A DNA stretch of 60,805 nucleotides, taken from a virus. Taxonomy: Duplodnaviria > Caudoviricetes. The stretch's first letter is position 1. Every line of letters starts with the position of its first letter. Positions 1 to 8,833 of this stretch are shown here, piece after piece. The stretch is from the IMG/VR virus record IMGVR_UViG_3300025087_000067, positions 1-60,805 of that record; one strand, 5' to 3'. The notes beneath the pieces were generated by a model. That model was not told where the DNA came from and did not search any database. It was given only the letters and a program-made list of their open reading frames with translations. The position numbers and the translations under genes were made by a program.

Positions 1-5
1 GGGAA

Positions 6-431
6 GTGGCCACCCGGATGGCAGAGCAAGCCGCCAAATCCGGACCACCCCGAAAACCGAAACCCTACGCCCTGCGCATCGCGCGCCGAATCATTCGGGA
101 GCGAAAGCATCAGGCAGCAACCGAACCCGACACCGAGGACCTGGACGAAACCGAACCGCCACTAGCCACGACGAGCCCGAACCCGCGCGACCAGGCCGCC
201 GAAGCCGAGGAACGCGAACGAGCCCTTCAACCCCTGGCACCCCAACTGAGAGTAATCATTGATATGAAACTGGATGGTTACACACAACAGGAGATAGCCT
301 GCACCCTCGGGCTGACACGGCGCGCAGTGGACCACCGGATGAGGCGGGCGATAAGAAGCCTGAACAACCACCAGCCACCCATTGACACGACGCCCACCCC
401 AGGCGTAGAATGCGACAATAAATCATGCTAA
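6..431 (+). CDS. sigma-70 region-4 / ECF-sigma-like HTH protein (possibly 5'-truncated)
   Basis: C-terminal 'LRVIIDMKLDGYTQQEIACTLGLTRRAVDHRMRRA' matches the sigma region-4 HTH pattern; lies just upstream of terS, like a late activator. Confidence 0.65.
   Translation: MATRMAEQAAKSGPPRKPKPYALRIARRIIRERKHQAATEPDTEDLDETEPPLATTSPNPRDQAAEAEERERALQPLAPQLRVIIDMKLDGYTQQEIACTLGLTRRAVDHRMRRAIRSLNNHQPPIDTTPTPGVECDNKSC
382..411 (+). promoter_or_regulatory. sigma70-type promoter upstream of terS
   Basis: TTGACA-N18-TAGAAT. Confidence 0.5.
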
Positions 432-543
432 AAACGACTCCTAACAGTCGCTAGAATATCGCGCCGGCGGGAGAGTCCCCCCTCCCCGTCAAACACCCCC
501 ATCTCCTCTCCCCCGGCGCGCCCATCGGACCGGACCACAAACG

Positions 544-1239
544 ATGAACGCCCAGCCCAAGCCCCAGCCCCAGCCCCACGATGAGCCCCAAGAACCCACG
601 GCGACCGAGGGCGATGATTGGGACTTCCCGGCCACACCCGAGCCCCCAGAACAAAAAAAAATAGTCAACAAACACCGCACAGTAGCTGTAAAACTAACAC
701 AACGCCAAAAAAACTTCTGTGCTGAATATGTGAGCGATCCGCTCCGTAATGCTACGCAGGCATATCTCCGAGCCGGATATAGCCCAGTGGGCGCGGATAA
801 GGTATCTTATCGATTGTTGGATAATGTTGGGGTACAAGCGGAAATTCGCCGATTAGAGGCGAAATTAACCATAAAATCGCCCGTTTCCGCCGAAGAAGTG
901 ATCGAGGGGATCCGAAACACGATCGACCTGGCCGTGCAAGCCGGGATGCTCAGTGTCGCGGTCCGTGGCTGGGAACTGTTAGGCAAAACACACGGAATCT
1001 TCCGGGAAGTGACAGAGACTATAGACAAAACCGACACGGCCAAGCGGTTAACTCGGGCTCACAGTAGATTAGAGAAAATGAAGGGGCAACTGATAGGTAA
1101 TCAGTTGGCCACCGGCGATAAAGTATTGAATATTCAAGACTTACAAAAGCCGAATAGCCTTGATGCAGCAATAATGCAGCATGATGATCCCGATCAGGAT
1201 GAATCGCCCGAGCCCGAGCATGTAGAATCGCCGGGCTGA
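544..1239 (+). CDS. terS: terminase small subunit
   Basis: 'LTQRQKNFCAEYVSD..RNATQAYLRAGYS...RLLDNVGVQAEI' and 'ELLGKTHGIF' are typical Terminase_2 motifs. Confidence 0.9.
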   Translation: MNAQPKPQPQPHDEPQEPTATEGDDWDFPATPEPPEQKKIVNKHRTVAVKLTQRQKNFCAEYVSDPLRNATQAYLRAGYSPVGADKVSYRLLDNVGVQAEIRRLEAKLTIKSPVSAEEVIEGIRNTIDLAVQAGMLSVAVRGWELLGKTHGIFREVTETIDKTDTAKRLTRAHSRLEKMKGQLIGNQLATGDKVLNIQDLQKPNSLDAAIMQHDDPDQDESPEPEHVESPG

Positions 1240-1514
1240 TCCTCCCCTCCCTCCCCACCACCACACCTAGACATGTAAAGTTTCCTGGACCGGGGCCCCA
1301 AACGCACCCCCCACCCCCCTTGAAGGTACCATACCCCAGGGGGCCTCAAGGCCGGGCGGCTCGCCTGGAGATATACATACCTCACCGTATCCGCGTCCTC
1401 CTACTTTTCCGTCACTATCAACCTTTTATTACACTGCTTACTATAGGTGACGCTGCCATATTTTTTATTTTTTCTCTGTGCATACTAGGTACAAAAAATG
1501 GACCTCATGTTGTG

Positions 1515-1800
1515 GGTTTACTTTCCGGTTGGTTTTGGTGTAAGTTTGGGTCTTTGGGCGTAGCATGTGCGTCCCAGCTTTTCTCCCGGGCGGTCTGGTG
1601 CCTCTACACTGGCCGCCCCTTCCCTTTGTGGGTTCATATTGCGGGGTTATTGCTACTTTTCTTGAATACCCATTGAAGTACGACTTGAAGTACTACTTGA
1701 AGCATAACGCTATGGTAGTGAGTTTTTACACCTATCTGGTTTGCGTTTCTGTGCTTGGTTTACTGTCCGGGTTTGCGTTTCTGGTTGAGTTCAAGTAGTA
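1515..1800. repeat. cluster of short direct and inverted repeats in the non-coding region after terS
   Basis: TTGAA at 1662/1673/1685/1697; TACTACTTGAA (1691-1701) inverted at 1790-1800; GGTTTGCGTTTCTG at 1738 and 1770; GGTTTACT(T/G)TCCGG at 1515 and 1757. Confidence 0.7.
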
Positions 1801-1838
1801 TTTTTTGGTAGGTGTAACGGGTAGGAAGGTAACGAGCC

Positions 1839-2186
1839 ATGAGTACAACAAACGTGACGGGTAGCACCCCACAACCCGGAGCCGTCGAGTCAGTTATCGA
1901 TAAACACATCGGTAGGCTTGATGAATTAACTGGAAAGTTATTGCGTCTTACGCGGGATCATTTTGAACGGTTGTATGGTCCTGGCCAGCCAACCACAGCG
2001 GGTTCTAAAAAGGAAGAGGTGCCTTGCTGGAATGGTATTTATGGCGGCTGGGAGGAGCGGTTAGGCTATTCGCTTGGTAAATTAAAGCAAGCCATTGACG
2101 AGTTTAATCGTGATGGAAGCGAAGCGCTGGTCGTGCCTGAACCCCCGCTTGGTTTCGGTCGCGCGCATGAAGGTAGCGTGCGGTAG
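1839..2186 (+). CDS. hypothetical protein
   Basis: 115-aa ORF with GGAAGG upstream. Confidence 0.6.
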   Translation: MSTTNVTGSTPQPGAVESVIDKHIGRLDELTGKLLRLTRDHFERLYGPGQPTTAGSKKEEVPCWNGIYGGWEERLGYSLGKLKQAIDEFNRDGSEALVVPEPPLGFGRAHEGSVR

Positions 2187-2409
2187 GAAGGTGAATGAAG
2201 ATGGAGACGGATAATGAGAGGGAAGATTCTGGTGTAAATAATGGATCGGATATCAAATCCTTTGTAAAAGAGGCGGTTGGCGCGACCGCGCTGTAGGAAA
2301 GCGAAGGTGGAGCGATGAAATCAGCGGACGACCGGTGGTTCCCAATGGTGGGAACCCTCATAAAACGATTAAAGCCCCGACTGTATTTAGCGGGCTTAGG
2401 AGGTGAATT

Positions 2410-2598
2410 ATGACGAAAAAGCACGATGACAATCAAGAGGTAATCGCAACGCTCACGGTTCACAACTGGGATAAATTCACGAAGCGGGAACGCGAGCGTT
2501 TCTATTTATGGATGAGAAATCAAATTCTCACCCTATCGAACGATGAGAATTCATTCAGCAAACGCTATACGGCGCGGTTGTTTAGGAAGGTGAAGTGA
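2410..2598 (+). CDS. small hypothetical protein, paralogue of 28866..29042
   Basis: AGGAGG SD; shares 'IATLxxH...W...Q....RYTAxL' with the 28866 ORF. Confidence 0.7.
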   Translation: MTKKHDDNQEVIATLTVHNWDKFTKRERERFYLWMRNQILTLSNDENSFSKRYTARLFRKVK

Positions 2599-3380
2599 TG
2601 AACAGGTTAATCTGCACGGTAGGGCTTCCACGTTCTGGAAAAACAACTTGGGCTAAAGAGCAGGGGTATCCGATTGTAAATCCTGATTAGATCCGACTGG
2701 CGCTTCATGGCAGGGCATTTGAAGCGTTGGCTGAAAAGTTTGTATGGGCGATTGCCCAAGTGATGGTTCGTGCCTTGTTTTTGTCTGGTCACGATACGGT
2801 AATCATTGACGCCACGAACAACACCAAGAAGCGGCGCGACGAGTGGCAATCAAGCGATTGGGAAACCTTATTCAAATGTTTTGATGCTCCTGATTATAAA
2901 TGTAAGGAACGTGCTGTTAAATCTGGACGAGAGGATTTAATTCCAGTAATCGAGCGTATGTGGGCGACCAGAGAGCCCTTGGAGGGAGGTGAAAGACAGA
3001 TTTCTCAGTGCCACGATGAGCGTGGCTGGATTGGTGTTGATCTAGATGGAACTTTGGCAGAATATAATGGATGGCAAGGACCAGATAATATTGGTGACCC
3101 TGTTCCGCTGATGGTCGATCGCGTTAAAAAATGGATCGCAGATGGAAAGCGAGTCAAGATTTTTACAGCGCGGTGCTATTACGGCGCAGAGGCTTCTGAG
3201 ACTATCAAGAAATGGCTTGTTGATAGAGCCAGTCTTCCTCGGCTAGAGGTTACTAACGTAAAAGACTTTAAAATGATTGAACTTTGGGATGATCGTTGCC
3301 GACAAGTCGAAAAGAACACGGGGATGGAGGCGGTGGCGATAGAGAATGTTTCACGTGAAACACCGGAGGGTTACAGATGA
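2598..3380 (+). pseudogene. polynucleotide kinase (AAA_33-like) fused to HAD phosphatase, interrupted by one in-frame TAG at 2688-2690
   Basis: ATG 2598 overlaps the upstream TGA; reads MNRLICTVGLPRSGKTTWAKEQGYPIVNPD*IRLALHG and continues in frame to 'VIIDATN' and HAD motif 'GVDLDGTLA'. Confidence 0.8.
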
Positions 3381-3898
3381 CGACAATTATTGTTGACCGT
3401 CGCTCAATGTGCATGGCCGGGGATACGCAGATCGACCTCTGCGATGTTCCGTATCATGGCAAAAAAGTTTTCAGGCTCCCCCATCAAGACGGTGAGATGC
3501 TTATCGGATTTACTGGGAACCTCTACATCATCGACGAGGTATTGAAATGGTTTCGCGATGGGAAGAATCCGAATGATAAACCGAAGGAAGATTGCGGCGG
3601 CCAGTTTTTCGTCTTGCATTCAGATGGACAGATCGAGATATTCAGTAAAACGTGGCAGAGTTTTTTTATCGACTGTGACTACACGGCGATTGGCGGGGGA
3701 AGAGATTTTGCAATCGCGGCCCTCTATCTCGGAAAATCACCCAAGGAATCAATCGAAATTGCATCGGCGCTCGACATTCATACCGGAGGGCCGGTCCAGA
3801 TCGAGTACCTCGGGAATCACGAACATCCGCAGCACCTATGGGGAGCCACGGATCTGGCATCTGGAGCGCGGGGAGATTCAGGAGCGGGAGTATCTTGA
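3377..3898 (+). CDS. HslV/proteasome-beta-like Ntn-hydrolase peptidase
   Basis: N-terminal MTTI (Thr nucleophile), 'MAGDTQ', 'AIGGGRDFAIAAL', 'DIHTGG'. Confidence 0.75.
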   Translation: MTTIIVDRRSMCMAGDTQIDLCDVPYHGKKVFRLPHQDGEMLIGFTGNLYIIDEVLKWFRDGKNPNDKPKEDCGGQFFVLHSDGQIEIFSKTWQSFFIDCDYTAIGGGRDFAIAALYLGKSPKESIEIASALDIHTGGPVQIEYLGNHEHPQHLWGATDLASGARGDSGAGVS

Positions 3899-3939
3899 GT
3901 TACTGAACGAGATCCAGGGGGATGATAAGCGTCCCGCTA

Positions 3940-3969
3940 TTGACATCCTGTAATGGTATGATGCAGAAT
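3940..3969 (+). promoter_or_regulatory. possible sigma70-type promoter
   Basis: TTGACA-N18-CAGAAT. Confidence 0.35.
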
Positions 3970-3985
3970 ATCGCGTGAGGTACCG

Positions 3986-4195
3986 ATGATGAAGAAACAT
4001 GTCTCGAAACCCAGTCCTAAGAAACCAAGCCCCAAGAAGTCGAGTGTGAAATCCATGGTGTCTTCCATGCCTGTGAATGAATCCGTTTCGATACGGAAAA
4101 TCAGTAACGGGTTCATCACCAGTGCCTGGAATTCAAAAACCAACAAGAGTGTCGAGAAGTTCACTCCCGATAATCCGTTAGGAGGTCGATCGTGA
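3986..4195 (+). CDS. small basic hypothetical protein
   Basis: GAGG SD; Lys/Ser-rich; coupled to the next ORF. Confidence 0.55.
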   Translation: MMKKHVSKPSPKKPSPKKSSVKSMVSSMPVNESVSIRKISNGFITSAWNSKTNKSVEKFTPDNPLGGRS

Positions 4196-4518
4196 TACAC
4201 AATCAAAACGGTACGTTTACGGCATCTTGTGATGCCTGCGGCGTGGTAGGTCCCACGGTGGTGCGGCCCGAGTCCCGTGCGGCGTTCCTGGCGTCTCTGG
4301 ACGCCAGCGCCTGGCTGTGCCAGTCAACGCGGGCGGGGGCCAAGAATGCGAGAGTTTTTGTGCTCTGTCCCGACTGCGAGGCGGATGTCAGGGAGAAGTT
4401 ATGTCCCGCTCCCCCGGTTCCCACTCCAGTTCTGGTTCAGCCAGAGATTCCGGTTGCGGAACTCGATCATCTGGAGCAAGAGACGCTTCCCCGGATCAGA
4501 AAACATTCCGGTAAATAA
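4192..4518 (+). CDS. Zn-ribbon hypothetical protein
   Basis: CDAC...CPDC; AGGAGG SD. Confidence 0.6.
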   Translation: MIHNQNGTFTASCDACGVVGPTVVRPESRAAFLASLDASAWLCQSTRAGAKNARVFVLCPDCEADVREKLCPAPPVPTPVLVQPEIPVAELDHLEQETLPRIRKHSGK

Positions 4519-4528
4519 TCACAGGACT

Positions 4529-4557
4529 TGACAGATGGGTTTATTCAGTCAAGAATT
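4529..4557 (+). promoter_or_regulatory. possible sigma70-type promoter for the terL operon
   Basis: TTGACA-N17-AAGAAT in the intergenic region. Confidence 0.4.
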
Positions 4558-4663
4558 GATTGCAAATCTGGATTTAAACGCGGTACTCTAAGTCAGCCGG
4601 GGCCGCCTGGCATGAGTTAATGTGGGGGTCGGCCCCGGCACCTTAGAATCCTGAGGTGCAAAC

Positions 4664-6151
4664 GTGGGGAAAAAACGGGTTGAAGATAAGGATTCGCGCG
4701 AGCAAATCCACCAGGACGTAGAGCGGTTCCTGTACGATCCCCTGGGATACGTCATTTGGGCGTTTCAGTGGGGGGAGCCCGATACCCCGTTAGCCGAGTT
4801 TCCGGACGGTCCCGATATTTGGCAAACCGAGTTCCTGGATTACGTAGGCAGAACCTGTCTGGACGCCGAATCCGCGGTTCAGCTGGCGGTGAAATCCGGG
4901 CACGGTGTTGGGAAATCCACGATGGCGGCCTGGATGATTCTCTGGGCCATGTCTACCCGCCCGTATCTGCAAGGGGTTGTCACGGCTAATACCGGACAAC
5001 AATTACGAAGCAAGACCTGGTCGGCCCTGAATAAGTGGCACGATCTGGCAATGAATAGGCACTGGTTTAAGTGGACGCCCACGAAGTTCTATCACGTTCA
5101 GTATCCCGAGACCTGGAAGGTCGATGCCGTGACCTGGTCGCCGGAGAACTCGGATGCGTTTGCGGGTACGCACGAGAAATACGTTTTGATGCTTTTTGAC
5201 GAGGCGTCTCAGATCCACGACAATATCTGGGAAGTGGCGCACGGTGCGCTCACGAGCCCGAAAGCGATCTGGATGGCGTTCGGGAACCCGACCCGGAATA
5301 CCGGGGGGTTTCACGAGTGTTTTGGGACCGGGAAACAGGCGCATCGCTGGAAACAATTCACGGTCGATGCCCGTAAATCCGCGGTTGCGGACCATACCGT
5401 TCACGACCACTGGATCGAGGACTATGGTCTGGATTCAGATTTTGTGAAGGTCAGGGTTCTCGGTGAGTTTCCGGGTCAGGCCTCGGATCAGTTCCTAGCC
5501 ACGGAATACGTGCAGGAATCATTCAAAAGACGGTACCGGGACGAACAGATCCAGCACATGCCGATCGTGCTGGGAGTCGATGTCGCGAGTTACGGGGGTG
5601 ATGAATCGGTCGTGACGGTCAGGCAAGGCCTGGTGGTCCACGAACAGATCGCGGATCGCGGGCTCTCGACGCCCGAGACCTCGGATATGGTCGAGCGCGT
5701 GATACTCCGATACCGGCCTGACGGCATCTGCATCGACTGCGATGGCATCGGCACGGCGGTGGCGGATGAGCTCGCCAAACGCGGGCATGAAATCCATCGC
5801 ATCTACGGGATGGAGAAAGCCCGGAACCCGAAACTCTATTTCAATAAGCGCGCACAGATGTGGGGCGATTGCCGGGAATGCGTGCATCGCGCGCTCTCAA
5901 TCCCTAATTACGACCCGGTTCTTGAATCGCAATTAACCCAACAACAGTACCATACCCGGCGGGGCTCGATTCAATTGATCTCGAAAGCGGATATGCGGGC
6001 GGCGGGCATGGATTCGCCGGACCGCGCCGATTCCCTGGTCTATACCTTCGCAATCAATCCCCAGAAACGCGACGCCGATGATTACGATGAGATCCAGGGC
6101 TCCCGCTATGCCGTGAGCCAGAACACAAGCGTCGGCCTCCTTGGAGCATGA
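4664..6151 (+). CDS. terL: terminase large subunit
   Basis: Walker A 'KSGHGVGKS', Walker B 'LFDEAS', 'GNPTRNTG', nuclease 'LGVDVA' and 'SPDRADSL'. Confidence 0.95.
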   Translation: MGKKRVEDKDSREQIHQDVERFLYDPLGYVIWAFQWGEPDTPLAEFPDGPDIWQTEFLDYVGRTCLDAESAVQLAVKSGHGVGKSTMAAWMILWAMSTRPYLQGVVTANTGQQLRSKTWSALNKWHDLAMNRHWFKWTPTKFYHVQYPETWKVDAVTWSPENSDAFAGTHEKYVLMLFDEASQIHDNIWEVAHGALTSPKAIWMAFGNPTRNTGGFHECFGTGKQAHRWKQFTVDARKSAVADHTVHDHWIEDYGLDSDFVKVRVLGEFPGQASDQFLATEYVQESFKRRYRDEQIQHMPIVLGVDVASYGGDESVVTVRQGLVVHEQIADRGLSTPETSDMVERVILRYRPDGICIDCDGIGTAVADELAKRGHEIHRIYGMEKARNPKLYFNKRAQMWGDCRECVHRALSIPNYDPVLESQLTQQQYHTRRGSIQLISKADMRAAGMDSPDRADSLVYTFAINPQKRDADDYDEIQGSRYAVSQNTSVGLLGA

Positions 6152-8271
6152 TGGATACCTTGACCGCCAATCCTGATTTTAACGCCGCTGTGGCCGAAAC
6201 CGAGAAACCGGAAGAGCCACGGAAACGCCGGTCCCTGGACCTCACGATCCTGGATCTCGTGGGCATGGAGAACATTGCGGTCATGCTCGACGAGCGGGGC
6301 GAAAACGGGTTAACAGCCATTGGGTCCCAGGTGGTCGAGGACTACGAAGCCGACCGCGGGAGCCGCCAGGAATGGGAGGATAAGGTCAGGAAAGCTAAGG
6401 AATTGGCGTCCTTGCAGGGTCCCATGACCAGCTCCTTCCCGTTTGTCGGGGCCACGAACCCCAAGATACCGTTACTGGCCGAGGCCTGCACGCAGTTCTC
6501 ATCCCGCGCCATGCCAGGGATTCTGAAAGACGGGGACCCCGTGAAGGGTCGAGTCTGGGGAAACGATGAGGGGGGCAAGAAAGAGGCGCGCAAGAATCGT
6601 ATCCAGGCCTGCATGAATTACCAACTCATGGAGGAGACCGGCGATTGGGTCCGGGGTCTCGATCGATTACTGGTTGAGGAACCCATGGTCGGGTCCGGGT
6701 TCAAAAAAGTCTATTACGACCCGGTCTTGGGCCGGAACGTCAGCGAATTCGTGCCCAGTGAAGACCTCGTGGTCGATTACTACGCCCGGAGCCTGGAGCG
6801 AGCCGCCCGCGTCACGCACGTCTACTACCTGTATCCCTATGAAATTGAACAAAAAATGCGGTCCGGTGAATACCGGGAAACCGATCTCAAGACACTGGGG
6901 ACTTGGGAGTTGCAGGATTCCAAGCCCCGGGACCAGATCCAGGGCGAGGGCCAGGATCCGGGGGGAACCGACGATCGTTCGAAACCCCATGAAATACTGG
7001 AACAACACTGTTGGCTCGATTTGGATGAAGACGGTTTGTCGGAGCCCTACATTGTGTTTGTTCACCGGGAATCCCGGTTTGTGTTCCGGATCACGCCCAG
7101 GTTCCTGGAATCCGGTGTTGATATAGATGCCGCGACCGACAAGGTCCTGAGCGTTGTCCCCGAGCAGTATTTCGTACCCTTTATCTTCCTGGAATCGCCG
7201 GATGGCGGGTTCTACGGCATGGGCTGGGGCACGCAGTACGCATCGATCAATGAGACGATCAACGCTTTGTATAAACAATTGCTCGATGCCGGAATCCTGG
7301 CGAATGCGCCTGGGGGTATCCGTAAGAAGGGGATGCGGATCAAAAACAACGACATGACGATTGTTCCGGGCGAGTGGAAGGAAGCGGAAATCGCTGAAGG
7401 CACTAGACTTGGGGACTATTTCTTCCCATTGCCTGTTAAGGAGCCATCGCCGGTTCTGGCGATGCTGGTTGATAAGTTGATGCAGTACGGGCAGCGCGCG
7501 CTCTCGAACGTGAACGTCATGGCCGGTGAGAGTCCGGGCGCGAATGTCCCGGCCACAACGACTGTGGCTTTGATTCAACAGGCCATGCAGCAGTTCACGG
7601 CGATTTACGGGAGGATTTACCGGGGGCTAGCACTGGAATACAAGCTCCTGGCACGGCTCAATTACCTGTACATGACTCCCAAGCGCTACCGGGAGATCCT
7701 GGATATCCCGGATGCTGATCCGCAGCTGGACTTCAATAGCCAGGACTGCGATGTCATACCCGCCGCCGATCCCCGCTACGCCACAAACGTACAGAAGCTC
7801 TTCATGGCCCAGATTGTGGAATCTTTGTTAGGCAAGGGATACGACGACCAGAAACTCAGAAAACGATTACTGGAATACCTAGGTGTCGAGGATCACGAGG
7901 AACTGTTACCGAAACCTGATACGTTACCCGCGATTGATCCTAGGACGGAAATACAACTCAAGGAACTGGAACTGAAATCCGTGATGGCCCAGATCGAACT
8001 CAAGCGCGTGGAGAACGATAGCATGCGGGTTGGGAACGAGATCGCGAATACCAAGAACAACATGGCGATCGAGATCGAGATGGCGCGCGCCAAGATCGAG
8101 GACATCCAGGCCGATGTCAGGCGTAAGGACCGCCAGTATTCCGTGAAGGACAAGGACGACCAGATTCTGCGGCTGAATGAGGTCCTGAACCAGGCGCTAA
8201 GCGCCATGCAGGACATGGGACTACAGAAACGGATACCGGGACCGGACGTTCCGGGAGCGGAGACAGCCTGA
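6148..8271 (+). CDS. portal protein (P22-like)
   Basis: 707 aa directly after terL; 'GSGFKKVYYD', 'ILEQHCWLDLDEDGLSEPYIV', 'GGFYGMG'; C-terminal coiled coil. Confidence 0.9.
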   Translation: MMDTLTANPDFNAAVAETEKPEEPRKRRSLDLTILDLVGMENIAVMLDERGENGLTAIGSQVVEDYEADRGSRQEWEDKVRKAKELASLQGPMTSSFPFVGATNPKIPLLAEACTQFSSRAMPGILKDGDPVKGRVWGNDEGGKKEARKNRIQACMNYQLMEETGDWVRGLDRLLVEEPMVGSGFKKVYYDPVLGRNVSEFVPSEDLVVDYYARSLERAARVTHVYYLYPYEIEQKMRSGEYRETDLKTLGTWELQDSKPRDQIQGEGQDPGGTDDRSKPHEILEQHCWLDLDEDGLSEPYIVFVHRESRFVFRITPRFLESGVDIDAATDKVLSVVPEQYFVPFIFLESPDGGFYGMGWGTQYASINETINALYKQLLDAGILANAPGGIRKKGMRIKNNDMTIVPGEWKEAEIAEGTRLGDYFFPLPVKEPSPVLAMLVDKLMQYGQRALSNVNVMAGESPGANVPATTTVALIQQAMQQFTAIYGRIYRGLALEYKLLARLNYLYMTPKRYREILDIPDADPQLDFNSQDCDVIPAADPRYATNVQKLFMAQIVESLLGKGYDDQKLRKRLLEYLGVEDHEELLPKPDTLPAIDPRTEIQLKELELKSVMAQIELKRVENDSMRVGNEIANTKNNMAIEIEMARAKIEDIQADVRRKDRQYSVKDKDDQILRLNEVLNQALSAMQDMGLQKRIPGPDVPGAETA

Positions 8272-8528
8272 TGGATGAACTGGAACAGGAATTCAGGGGC
8301 TGGCGCAGTCACGGAATGGCTCAGCTCTTTTTCCAAGCGCTGGCCCGGAAACGGGAGATTGAGGCCCAGGCCATCCTCAGCGGCGGGACCCTGGAATCCC
8401 CGGCGTTCACGGCCCAGAAAATAGGATTCGTACAGGGTCTGGATTGGGTGCTCAATACCTGCGTGCCCGATAGCCCTGTCATCGACGGCGAGACCGCCGT
8501 TTATCTCAATCATGGGAGAAAATCATGA
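8271..8528 (+). CDS. hypothetical protein (post-portal)
   Basis: coupled ORF at a conserved position between portal and chaperonin. Confidence 0.65.
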   Translation: MDELEQEFRGWRSHGMAQLFFQALARKREIEAQAILSGGTLESPAFTAQKIGFVQGLDWVLNTCVPDSPVIDGETAVYLNHGRKS

Positions 8529-8833
8529 TTATACCCACGTTATATCGGGTCATTGTAAGGCCCGAAATCGTCGAGGAGACGAAAAAAGGAAGTTCGATTA
8601 TTTTGCCGGAAGAGGTCAGGGACCGGGAACAATTTGGTATCGACCGCGGCACGCTCGTCGCTTGGGGTCCCGAAGCATCGCTCGGTTCCGGGGTATCGTT
8701 CAACAAAGGCGAGCGAGTGATTTACGCCCGGTACGCGGGATGCCTCGTCACGGATGATGACGGCACGGACTACCGGATCATGAACGACAAGGAAGTCCTT
8801 GCATTGGTACGAGCCGAAGAAGGAGTTGGCTGA
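8525..8833 (+). CDS. GroES-like co-chaperonin
   Basis: 'PTLYRVIVRP..EETKKGSSIILP...GTLVAWGP...GERVIYARYAG...YRIMNDKEVLA'. Confidence 0.9.
   Translation: MIIPTLYRVIVRPEIVEETKKGSSIILPEEVRDREQFGIDRGTLVAWGPEASLGSGVSFNKGERVIYARYAGCLVTDDDGTDYRIMNDKEVLALVRAEEGVG

Noticed and set aside
1320-1798. Hydrophobic ORFs 1320..1676 and 1565..1798
   Set aside because: No convincing SD; apparent hydrophobicity follows from the T/G-rich repeats
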